Shown piece by piece: positions 51,991-64,000 of a DNA stretch of 64,000 nucleotides. Made by a program: the position numbers and the translations under genes. The notes beneath the pieces are model-generated. The model was not told the origin of the DNA, made no database searches, and saw only the letters and a program-made list of their open reading frames with translations. Every line of letters begins with the position of its first letter. Position 1 is the first letter of the stretch. Origin of the DNA: Octopus vulgaris (Eukaryota); contig OX597816.1 of the NCBI GenBank assembly GCA_951406725.2, forward strand, positions 147,932,001 through 147,996,000, written 5' to 3'.

Positions 51991-53789
51991 TTAGCAGAAT
52001 ATAAATGATAACATTAATTCACTGGTCTCGTAGTAGAGGTAAAGTCCCTGGGTATTTTCTTCTTCCTTCAGGCACAACAACTAAATATGAAAAGTAAGTT
52101 TGTATTTGACATGAGATTGGGCACATGTTCTCTGGCACACGGGAAGCAAATCGAGATACAGTTCATCAGAGCGCTTTCTCTTATTTTTTCCGTGCATCGG
52201 AAGCGTAGACGGAAGGAATGTATTTATAATGTCATATAGCTCGCACCACTGCTAATGGCTTTCTAATATTTTAATTTATTTAGATACTTGTGATCTATGA
52301 GGTTTTGCATAAAATATATATAATTTGAATAAAGACAAGCTGTATGAAGACGATCACTTCTATAATTATTAATGTTTCAACCTTAGCTAAAAGTGTTCGA
52401 AAAGCTACATTATCTATATGTATATATATATATGTATGTATATATATACATATGTATATATATATACATATAAAATGTATGTGTGTATGTGTGTCTGCAT
52501 ATATTTATGTATATATGGACGTTTACTATATTTAAAACGGAAATTTGTGTTTTAAAAGATATTTAAATTCCATTTATTACACAATGAGTAAACATGTCCA
52601 AAGTCGAGCTCCAGTTGATGTTTTCTGCGCTTGTCGAATTTTTAGTACCATCTTGTAAAAACTTATAGTTAAGTGATCTCGAATATTCTTGAGATAAATG
52701 ACTCTTGACTTGAAATGTATCATTCTCTTCTTATAATTTTGCTGTATAGTTGGCAGTAGAACTTCTTTTTATACGGAAACAATCGTGTGTAATCATATAA
52801 TCTGGAATTTATGCTCTGTTGTGCGTAATTAATCAAATCCATTTCATACACAGTTACTTATTAGGAACGATTTACACGTACTTAGTATTTAGACTGGGTT
52901 TTATATTGAGTTTGTTGATTATTCCAAATAATGGTCGCCTTTATAGACAGCACAGAAATAATAATCTATATGTGGCTTCCTAAAAAACCTTCCAAAGAAA
53001 TTGTCGCAACACATTTATATATTCAGACACTCATAAGGACACATCGTCATTTAATTCTCTAAATATCGCTGGAGCTTAAAGGATGTTAATATATAAAAAA
53101 AAACTTATAAAATGAATTGATCTTTTATAGAGCATATGTCTCCATTTGTTCAAGCTCGTTTGGCCACTCGTCTCCGAGAACTAATACGTTCTTTATAGCC
53201 TTTAGAAATTAGGAAGAAAAGATAGGAATCGTTGAAATACTGCAGACATTTTTTCGACGTTATTTATTGAATAATTTCCAGCAATGATTTGGTTGCATTT
53301 TTTATTTCATATATAATGGATTTCTTATATACTGATAGTCATCTAATTAAGAATACATAATTTCTTTATTAAGCACTAAAAAAATCTTTAGTTTTCTTCT
53401 TGTTTACGTGTATTATGTACATACGAAAGTAGACATATGTAAGAAATATCACATATTTTTGCGTATTTGTTGATGATATTGTGTTCTGCATTTAAACATG
53501 AAACAGTCGATGCCTAATGAATTTCTTATATTGGCAACCGATTAAATCACGTTTGCTAATTTTACAATGTTTTGCAAATATTCGTTTTTATAAATAATCG
53601 CGTTGCTTCTCTAAATTCGTTTGAGGTATTTTTATATGTAATTTATTACAGGGTCAATAATTACGTAGGGGCTACGTCGTTAGTTGTAGTAAAAAGTAGG
53701 CTCACAAATAATTTACAGTTTGCAGATTTGGAATCTTTTTCATTGAAGGTACAGATAGACTATTCTTTATATATTTTTGGTCTTTTAGA

Positions 53790-54200
53790 AGTAGAAGTTA
53801 ATGTATGTCAAGTAGTTGGTAACCAGTATAGACTTGTGGACGGTGCAGATGCCCTGGACAAAGTCTCTTCCTGGACTCCCTCATAACCTCCATAAAGTAC
53901 TCTTTGTTGATGGTCTGGCTAGAGGGAGCCCCGAGGATGTAGATGATTCCCTTAGTGTTAAAGAAGATTACCATGAGCTTCCCGAGAGCCATGCTTTGCT
54001 TGGCTTTTTGTGCCGACGAAAAACTGATGCTCTGCACACAGAACGTAATCCATAAGAAGTTTCGAGCATTTCACAAGTTTCTGTTGCATCTGCCCACTTT
54101 AACACGAAACTTCATGGCATAGAAAGCTTCCGAATTGTTATCACATTTAGAAACCCTTCGGCGAAATAGTCAATTATGACGAGTAGCATTTAGGAGGGTA
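53790..54200 (-). mobile_element. Mariner (DD34D-type) transposase fossil
   Basis: KAKQSMALGKLMVIFFNTKGIIY...PSSQTINKEYFMEVM. Confidence 0.75.
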
Positions 54201-54621
54201 TGTACAAAGTGCTGTTAAAACGGTCTCCTTCAATCTGGAATAAAGAATTTGTAGGGTACGCTTGGTAAATATATAGTAATGATATACTATATACACGTGC
54301 TATTATTACACACACACACACAGACCTGCTCGCACGCACATAGCCACACATACAAACACATATCTCCTTCTCTTGCGCTCTCCTGTCTTCGAAAGAATTT
54401 TTTCTTCGCTCATTCCCTTCCGGTCATTTCAAAATGTAACTGCGTGTGTCTTCTCTTCCTTTGGACTTGGCTCTGTTTCTGAAGAAGAGCAAGGCTCAAA
54501 ACGTTAAGTCCTCTTTCCTTCTTTTCCAGAGCGTCTGATAATACAGTGCTTGTAGCACGTCCTCGCATTATTGTTTGTTTCTTGTTTTTGTTTTTTGCTC
54601 TTCTTTGTTTGGATTCACTAT

Positions 54622-54660
<39 letters not shown>

Positions 54661-54756
54661 CACATAAGAGGAATGACCACTAAAGTGCACACCTAATATG
54701 CTAAACATAGACGTCAAATCGCCATTACCACCATGAGTGTGTTCTCAAGTAAAATC

Positions 54757-55166
54757 TCAGCAAAATTTATAGAACTTTATGCATGCTTGATTTCGGTTGA
54801 GCGTTCTGTATCTAGTTCTGGAAATTGTGTTTTGTGAGCGACAGACTATGCTGACGTTCTTGCAGATATCTTTGTGTTTGCATACGTAGTTATTAACAAG
54901 TGAAACCATGGTACGTAGGTAATCGTTTTTTATTTTGTATATTTTCATTTGTCTTGCTGGTTTCTACATTTTGGCATTTTGCTGGAATTTTTCTTGAGAA
55001 CACACACTTCGGGGGTAATTTCACGTCTATGTTTAGCATATTAGGTGTCCATTTTAGTATTTATTCCTCTTTATTTTGTGTGTAACGCAATTTTTAATCT
55101 TCGGATTTTTTAAATATGCTAAGCCACTAGTTTTAATTGATTACATCAATTTCTACCCTTCTTGTT

Positions 55167-55170
<4 letters not shown>
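54757..55170 (-). mobile_element. Possible Penelope-like 3' remnant
   Basis: HKDICKNVSIVCRSQ...TLNRNQ loosely resembles the GIY-YIG C-terminal tail. The signal is weak. Confidence 0.3.
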
Positions 55171-55230
<60 letters not shown>

Positions 55231-55265
55231 ATATATATATATATATATGTATGTATATATATATG

Positions 55266-55345
<80 letters not shown>

Positions 55346-55349
<4 letters not shown>

Positions 55350-55711
55350 TTGAATAAAGTTACAATATGGTATGCTTTTCATGTTTTTTTGTTATTACAT
55401 GTAAAAACATCTTTCACAATGATGAAGTGTATTAAATATTTAAAAAAAAAAATTTAGTAATGTTCATAAAGTTCAGATGCCGCTTTCATACGTTCGTAGT
55501 AATCGTAGGAAGTTGCCAAGTACTCAACACAACTGTCAGTCAATGTATTTTGAAATATGATTACTACGAACGTATGAAAGCGCTGATTGAACTTTTGGGA
55601 CATTACTAACTTGTTTTAATGTTTAGCACACTTCAACATGGTAAATTCTTTTGTAATATACAATAATAAAAAATGTGAAAACCAGACCATCTTGTAAGTT
55701 TATTCGACTGA
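55346..55711. mobile_element. Palindromic MITE with ~160-bp arms (55346-55507 / 55556-55711) and a TA flank on each side; Tc1/mariner-like ends
   Basis: TA|TCAGTTGAATAAAGTTACAA ... TTGTAAGTTTATTCGACTGA|TA. The inner CGCTTTCATACGTTCGTAGTAATC / GATTACTACGAACGTATGAAAGCG match is perfect. Confidence 0.85.
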
Positions 55712-55771
55712 TATATTATTCTATACGCATTGACCCAAATTCGAAAAACACACACACATACATATATGTAT

Positions 55772-55832
<61 letters not shown>

Positions 55833-56127
55833 CGTATATGTATATATTTATATATATATATATACATATATAAACATATCTATACATAAAAATGTATGTA
55901 TGTATATATATATATATACATACATATGTATATATATATACATATAAAATGTATGTGTGTATATGTGTCTGCATATATTTATGTATATATGTACGTTTAT
56001 TTCTATAGATACAAATATTTGCGTGCGTGCATGTGCTAATATATATAAAGTTTGTAATTCCAATTAGTAAATGAAACATATGTAATGATGAATAAATAAC
56101 GCCAATCTTTTTTCCAATCTCCTCCTT

Positions 56128-56162
<35 letters not shown>

Positions 56163-59100
56163 GGAGTATATAAAGAACGCATATTCCTGTATAAATGTAT
56201 ATGAAAGATTGTGCATATATTAGTGAAAATGTTTGAATAAATGCAAATTTAAAATGGATGAGGTCATGTGTGTATGTAGCGTGTGCATATGAGTGTCTGG
56301 ATGTGCGTGTGTTTGTGAATGTGAATGAGAGATAGAAGACATAAATGAAATTGTCGTTGTCGATATTTTGTGTTATCAAAAAGGTCGGCTTAAGATTGAA
56401 TTTTATTACATGGAATTAACATTAAGACAAATTCTGTACTGTATCTTCTCAACAACTGATTTAGTACACAAACATAAACATTTTTTTTCTTTAGCTTCTA
56501 AATGACTCGAAGCTGTAAAAAGTATAGCACCATGTCGATCTCTGTTCATTCTTTGACACTATAACTTCTATGTTATTGCTAGGGTCACTGTGACACAAAT
56601 CACTTGGAGAACAATGGATGATATAAATACATAATATACTATAATTAGTTTGCTCGATTCTCCACTTTTTTCTGAAAACCTGATGTATGTTTTGGTCGAA
56701 AAGAAAAATTCATTCTATAGATATTAATGACTAAAAACAATGCTATTTTCATCATTTACCTTTAAATAAACTATAAGTAAACGTAGAGTTGTTCTTTCTC
56801 TTCTAATTATACAACGATCACTTTCCTTATAGTTTTCAAAGGAGTGGGACTTTGTATATGTTAATCAACCTTTTGGATATACTACTTACTAGACTAGGAA
56901 TATTATAAATCCATCTATCTAATTGCACATGTTAATCTTTTATATTCTCGTTCTAAATAACCTAGACGCTAACACAATTTTTAAGAATATTCTACACGCA
57001 GGAAAGTTTATTTTGCATTTGAAATATAGCTCTCAACTACACAACCTGTTGAATACTGAATTCGAGACTAGTAGTTACACCAATGTAAAACTGGTTTTAT
57101 TGAAAGGGAACGTTGTCAATTCAAAAAAAAGGTGAAACTAAAACAAACACTAGCAGATATACCAATATGCAAAATGTATAAAATAAAATAATTCCAAATT
57201 AGATTCATAAATACAATGAAATGATGAAATGAAATTATTTACCGTACATGTTGAACAAACTTTTATGGAGGGAATCTATAAGCACATTAGAAAAAAATAC
57301 TTGCGAAATATAAGATTATATTCTGTCTCGAAGTCACTACTGCATATAGCTGAAAGTGATTTAACAAATGATGATATAAAGAAACACACACACACATTTC
57401 TCTTTAGAAGATATAATTCAAATTTATATATTGATAGGAACGATTATCCCATCTCCTGAAATTGCTAGCCTTGAGCAAAAATTTTAAACAAATATGTTAA
57501 AAAAATGTATTCTTCCTTTTACACAAATGTTTAATAGTAAAATATATAGACAATTTATAGAATATAAAGTATGTTACTTCATATTTTACGGGGGCTTTAT
57601 AAAAACAAGCAGTAAATTATTTTCTATTATCTTCAGTCGTAATTAAATATAAATCGAAACCGAAGCTGAAATGATATGATATTGCAAATGTTAGATCCAA
57701 GCTTTCAGAAGACATTTTCATACAATGAGTGTTACTATTTCTGATAATGTAGGAAACGTCGAAATGGATAGTGAACAGTTTTGTTTATTAAATATTTAAG
57801 TATATTCTAGACGTTACGGTGATTGCTGTTATAGTTGTAGTCGTTGGTCAAGGATATTTTGAATTGCATTGTTCGTTTTTCCTGACGGTGATCTGACTGC
57901 AACTGTTGTTATATGTATAATTATATTCGTAGAGTAGAGATCAAGGAATCAATGCTACGCGCTACCTGAAATATATTAGTGGTGGTTTGGTAAAGTATTA
58001 TTCTCTTGTTTATTGTACAGTATTATGCTCTTCTATAGCCTGGTGTAGGATACCAGACTCCGTAACACTTTTAGTATATATATATGTAGCATAGTTCTCC
58101 ACTGAACACGTATTAAGCTGTAGTACAATACACAATATAATGGAAATAAATGACGATGTTACATCATGTAGTCATGTAGTGGTTCTAACTTTTTGTTTCA
58201 TTTAGAATTGAATGGTTTCAATGAATAAAAGTCATGTCACGAGACAGCATCATATGAGGTGTTAATATCTACGTTATTTCATAGCTAACGTAATGTCGGT
58301 TGGAGTTTCCTTCTTCAATCAAACAATTTATGAAGATAAATAAATGTCCGCATTGTTTAGTCTCTTCATTATTTTCTTTTACAATACCACTTCCTCCATT
58401 ATCTTCTACGATGAACATTCACCTGAACATTGTGCACCAATCAAACAATGTCTCCACTGAATATGATAAATTCTTGGTATATCATTTTATGGTATATATT
58501 TTCGCCGAACGAAGAGTTGGTATTGTCAAACTGTTTTATTGATTGTATTATTTCTAGAATTTATAGAAACATTCAATACCAAGACAATAGCGTGTGTGGG
58601 TAACAAATTATGCAGTTTATGGTATTCTGTCTGATGCTGTTAATCTTCTTTCTTTTCAGTCCAAAATGTAAGTAGATACTAGAAATCATGAAAAACAAAA
58701 TTTAAGATCAGTAGTAAAATACTTCCTGCTCTAAGTACTGTTGTCGTACGTCTAGTGATATTGACATTGTTCTTATTATTGTTCTTGGGTTTTACTGATC
58801 ATCAAATTGTTTCAGATTTACGTACAAATTTGGTGAAGCGTTTCTAGTGTTATTGATAATCTACCACGTGGAATCGAACAGACATCTAACAGGACACGCT
58901 GATGTTCATCTTTACCGCATCTCGTGGATAGTATGAAATTTAAAGTTGGGTGAAACAACAGAATTATGTTTGTAAATGCGACTAAGACACAAATAGGAGG
59001 AATAAACAGAATCTGATAAACACGCTGATAAATAAATGAAATGATGTACAACAGAATTCGAGCAGACTGCGAAATCGGAGAAAGAAGAGTTTGCGACCGT

Positions 59101-59808
59101 GGGAAAGAGATATTTATATTAGTGTTTATGTTTGTATCAGTATATACATATAAGTTGTTATTCGCATACATAATGTGTGTGTGTGTGAGTCTGTGTGTGT
59201 GTGTGTGTGAGTGTGTGTGTGTGTTTGACACGCACAAACACATGAACACTCACGTACATCCAGACGTCCACACCCACACATATATACATACATACAGTGG
59301 TAGCACAAATACAGAGATATAGATAACTACAAATATATACGTACTTTTTTTCCTCTCCCTCTGATATACGAAAAAACACACACACAGAATACACACATTC
59401 CAAATTAGTTTGACAAGCACACAAAGCGAGACAGACTTAGAAAATGGCAGTCACATAATAGGAAACTTTACAGATACATGGAGAGTAAAACATAGATTTG
59501 TATCAGTTTTACGTTATGTCAATAAGAACATCTTGAGCAATGCACAGAGATAGGTAAGGCTTCCAACCATGTGTTCTATGAATTGGTGAAGAACGAAATG
59601 TGATATCTTTTATGGATAATTCCAACCCTACAAAACATTAAGTTTCCAACAATCTTATATTCTTATGTTTCCGGTTCTTTTGTCGTTTTGTTCTGAAACT
59701 GCTGCTTTCACTATTCAACGAGTAAGATTTTTACGCGCGCACAGACACACATGTACGGATATACGTCTATGTATATACAAACCCACATATTTCTGCCCAC
59801 ACATACTC

Positions 59809-59849
<41 letters not shown>

Positions 59850-60003
59850 CACATATATATATACATATGCATACGTACGTATATCTATATAAATATACAT
59901 ATATATATTATATATGTATATATATGTATGTATATGTATATCTATGTATCTATCTATCTATCTATCTATCAATATATACATATATATATATATATATATA
60001 TTT

Positions 60004-60126
60004 ATTTATTATATAGAAGGAGCTTCTACAGGACTAGTACTGTTTCATTCAAGAGAAATCTTCAGGAAGCTTCCTGAAGATTTCTCTTGAATATACTATC
60101 CTGTAAACTCCTTCTATATAATAAAT
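60004..60126. repeat. Loopless palindrome (perfect 46 bp, 60047-60092) with perfect 19-bp outer arms
   Basis: ATTCAAGAGAAATCTTCAGGAAG|CTTCCTGAAGATTTCTCTTGAAT, with outer ATTTATTATATAGAAGGAG / CTCCTTCTATATAATAAAT. Confidence 0.95.
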
Positions 60127-60192
60127 TAATTTTACTCTGCTATGTATTGAGTACCTTACTTACTGTGGTTAACCCCGAATCAACCCGGGACC

Positions 60193-60254
<62 letters not shown>

Positions 60255-60409
60255 CTTACAGACAAATATATGTGTATAGATGTATATATATATATAATAC
60301 ACTTACGCACATGCACATACATATGCACGCATATAAAAATACATACGTACGCACATATATATATGTATGTGTGCGCACGTGCGCGTAAGTGTTTGTGTGT
60401 ATGTGTGTG

Positions 60410-60714
60410 TGAAGGTGAGTGGGATAGTGGTTAGAATATTCGGCTCACGATCGTAAGATCGTGAGTTCAATTCCTGGTCACGCGTTGTGCCCTTCAACCA
60501 GACAATTCACTTCATGTTCCTCCAATCCACTCAGCAGGCAAAAATGAGTAGTAACTATATTTCAAAGGGCCAGCTTTGTCAAACTGAATCTCCCTGAGAA
60601 TTACGTTAAGGGTACACGTGTCTATGGAATACTAAGCCATAGTTAATTTTACGAGTTAGCTGTTCCGTTGATGTATCAGCTGGGAACCACGCCGTCGAAA
60701 CCGAATGAGTGCTC

Positions 60715-60715
<1 letters not shown>
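60410..60715 (+). mobile_element. tRNA-derived SINE (family D, diverged)
   Basis: A-box-like GGGATAGTGGTTAG and B-box-like GAGTTCAATTCC, then TTGTGCCCTT...CACTTCA...TCCACTCAGC. Confidence 0.65.
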
Positions 60716-60770
<55 letters not shown>

Positions 60771-60884
60771 GTAAATCTACACAGCCTTGGTCTTTGTTAT
60801 CTCATTACGCAAAAAAATTCTTATATATAAATATAAAAATATATATATAAAGAGAGAGGGGGAGGGAGGTGGCAGGGAGAGAAG

Positions 60885-61153
60885 AGAGGACATACACTTC
60901 CTGCAATTTTGTGTAGACCTCTGCGCAGGCATCGCCATGACAACTTTCTCTGTCATTGTCAATGCCACGATCTCACGCTACACACCGTCATTCGAAGTAG
61001 TGCTGTAAACAGCGGAAGTGAGCTAGAACGTTAAAACTTAGTGCACATGCACAGCGCCGTTCACGGTCAATCTATGTCAAGCGGCTTTATTCTGTGTGCG
61101 TTAGCTTCGTTACTATGGCAAAAGCCTGGATACTTATTGATCAGCCTGCGTAT
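60885..61153 (-). mobile_element. Mariner-like element terminal fragment
   Basis: The minus strand begins TACGCAGGCTGATCAATAAGTATCCAGG, a mariner-type TIR after TA. Confidence 0.5.
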
Positions 61154-61204
61154 ATATTTCTGCCATTATGTTGTAAAATTGCGAATTAGCCACCCATATA
61201 TATA

Positions 61205-62090
61205 TATATATGTCCGAAAAGTAAGGGCAGTGGGTTTGCTGTGTGAGGTATGAGCGAAACAGGAATATCTTGGGAGTATATAGCTGTAATCTTAGCTTTA
61301 TGCAACCATTCCATATCTTTTCAGATGCTTTTGTTTATGCTTACTCTTTGTCAGGTTGTTCAGCTATGAGCGATGAACAGCGAACAACGAATGAACCTGA
61401 AATTTTTGGTCCGATTAGAGAAAACGTCGTCACAACGAATGTGTGGAGATAATACCATGTCGCGCACATCTGCTTTTGAGAGGCACAAGAAGTTGAAAGA
61501 GGTGTGTGAGGAAGTGCAAGATGACTCTAGGTATGGGAGGTCTTCGCCAAGCAAGACAGAGGTCGGCGTCGAGCGGGTAAGTTAGGTGGTGCGTGACAAT
61601 CGTCGGTTGGCTGTTCGAATAAGTATAATTCAGCTGGAAATGAAAAAAGTGTTTGGAAGGTTATCACTGAAGATTTGGGTACGTCGAAAGTCTACGCAAA
61701 AACGGTGACAAGGATGCTGAATTACTTCGCTCAGTGCGCGAGAAGAGACGACAGTTGTGGCTGAATAAATCATGACTGCTTCGCCACGACAATGCACCTG
61801 CTCACAACGCCCTGAGGACCTGCCAGTTCCTAACCGAGAAGAAAATTTCCATACAGGAACAACTTCCCTATTCACAAGATCTAGCTTCGTGTGTCATTTC
61901 TTTTCCACAAGCTCAAGGAGATAATCAAGAGGACTTGTTTTGAAGGACTAAGTGTGCTATAACGATGAAGCTGAGGAGTATTCCAGATGAATTGTTCCAG
62001 CAGTACTTAAATATGTGGCACAGATGGATGGAAGAGAGCATGAGAGTCCAGTGGGATTAGTTTGAAAGGGAAACCATATAGTTTGTAGTT
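61205..62090 (+). mobile_element. Mariner (DD34D-type) transposase fossil, internally deleted
   Basis: EQR.NLKFLVRLEKT, GDNTMSRTSAFERHKKLKE..EEVQDDSRYGRS, VRDNRRLAVR, LRHDNAPAHNAL, LPYSQDLAS (YSPDLAP-like). Confidence 0.85.
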
Positions 62091-62169
62091 TAACAATGAC
62101 CGTCCATCCTTCGCTTGGCCCTGAAAATCTCATCAAGAAAATTCTTTACTAATATACATATATATATAT

Positions 62170-62489
62170 ATCACCGTGAAAACCGTGACCGACTAGGACT
62201 AGGCTGTCAGATGTTGCCACATGTCGCTGGTTACAATGCGCTTCGCATTATTTTAGCTTTCAAATGCCCACCATCCCTCTGGCTAAGCGAGCAGGCCAAC
62301 AGAAGAATGAGTGAGAGAAAGTTGTGACGAAAGACTACAGCAGGGATCACCACCTCACCCTGCCGGAGCATCGTGGAGCTGTAGATGTTTTCGCTCAATA
62401 AACACTCACAACGCAACGCCCGGTCTGGGAATCAAAACAGCAATCCTACAACCACGAGTCCGCTGCCCCAAGCACTGGGCCATTGCGCT

Positions 62490-62492
<3 letters not shown>
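62170..62492 (-). mobile_element. tRNA-derived SINE related to family C, with a different 3' end
   Basis: Head GGAGCGCAATGGCCCAGTGCTTGGGGCAGCGGACTCGTGG. It shares GAGTGAGAGAAAGTTGTG.CGAAAGA with family C. Confidence 0.75.
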
Positions 62493-62537
<45 letters not shown>

Positions 62538-64000
62538 CACATACATACATATATATATATATATACATATACACACATACATATGTATGTATGTATGTAA
62601 TTATTCGTATGTGAGTGTGTATCTTGTGATTTTCGATTTTCAAAGGTTTATGGAATATAACGCTGTATGTTATGGAAGTAGAAAGGCAATTTATATCTTA
62701 TCACATTCCCTAATGTGATAATCTACTTCATTAGAGTATCAATTCAATTTTTTCTCAGGTGTGATGTTATTTATTCTGAAGCTGCTTCACAGATGTCACC
62801 TTAATTTTCAACTTTTTGTAGTAATTCCAGTAAACTGGTGGTGGTGGTGGTTGGTGGTGGTGGTGGTGGTGGTGGTGATTGGATTTTGAAAAGTGTAGCA
62901 TACTGAAACGTTAGAGTTTCTACACTCCACCGCAAGTTTACTATACAGTTACGTACATGTCACTGGATAATACAAATCTTGCCGACGTAGACCGACACCA
63001 GTATCGTGTGATTATACTGACACAACACAGGATATGCTTTCAGGTTTTTTGGAAAAAAGTTTTCAAAAATAACTCAACAGATTTTCCATTAATTCCGTGA
63101 AAAATTCAAGGTTGCCGCTGGTATTTTAATCAAGTCACTCAGCAACAGATTTCAAAAATAGCAAGTCACTCTGTAGTATCTCGCTCTTGTGAACTGTTCC
63201 TTTCATACACCTGAGCAATAACATAATGTTTGTTGTTTCTGGAGGTAAAACCTTTCTGAAGTAAATATTTCTTCAGAACAACAAAGCATCATACATACGA
63301 TTGCTTGATCCTCGGGAAATGCACATAAATTGCATTGAAATTACACATCCGCTTTGTTAGCGAAAAATAGAACTTCAAATCACAGCCTAACATTGGTAAA
63401 GAAATCGAAGGGCATATTGAATAACGTTATTCTGGATATAGAGTTCTTCCAATGAAAGGCAAGAAGATCACTGCTTTGGATCCTTTAATCATAGGCATCT
63501 AAGAAGTTAGCTGACCTGTCGTTAAATAAAAATACAAACAAGAAGGGCAATGGAGTGTATACTGCAAAAAGAAAAAGAAAATATACTAAAGCAAAAAAAT
63601 ATCGTTCCAGAAGTCATGGTACAGTTAAGAAAACAAATAGCAACGGTGGTACCGGCGATGTTCGAGATCAAATCTTATAGGCTTTGATGTAGTCTTTCAA
63701 CTACCCCCGGTCCGAGTGATCTATAAACAAAGTATTATTACCGAACTGTAATAGGCTTCTAGATTACATTTCGTACGCTGACAAAATAATCCTAATACCC
63801 AGTCAATTATGCGTTACCATGAATACAGTGATGATGTGTTTAAGTATAAATACATATTCGCAGCTAACTTAGACTAATCTGATGATATTTACCCGATGCA
63901 AATATAGCGACGAGCAGATAAAATAATTAGAGGGTCGGGCGTGAACACTTTCGTTATAATTTCTCTTTATCTTCTAATTCCGAATACTGCCGAGACCAAT

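Noticed and set aside
62930-63540. Possible decayed DNA-transposon or exon sequence
   Set aside because: No convincing motif, TIR or open frame was found by eye.

Overview
AT-rich animal genomic DNA with no confidently recognisable host gene. The SINE families, the 5S-like head and the dense (TA)n/(CA)n/(CATA)n arrays suggest a coleoid cephalopod such as Octopus; this is inference, not a database result. The window is mostly decayed transposons: Tx1/L1 fragments, RLE-type (R4/Dong-like) fragments, a 5'-truncated CR1-group LINE with an open RT ORF, at least four Penelope-like remnants, a hAT fossil, several Tc1/mariner fossils and MITEs, a 2.6 kb non-autonomous Helitron and about 25 SINE copies or fragments. 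Five things stand out. (1) A 5S rRNA-headed SINE shares a covarying 3' stem-loop with tRNA-SINEs and with the LINE in this window. (2) The Helitron carries a diverged copy of exon-like DNA that lies just outside its own 3' end. (3) Several fold-back elements have hammerhead-ribozyme-like cores at or near their inner edge. (4) A ~600 bp inverted duplication keeps an apparent intron in both copies. (5) There are perfect palindromes that could form dsRNA. Most ORFs in the supplied track are microsatellite artefacts. Alignments and translations were done by eye, so boundaries are approximate.
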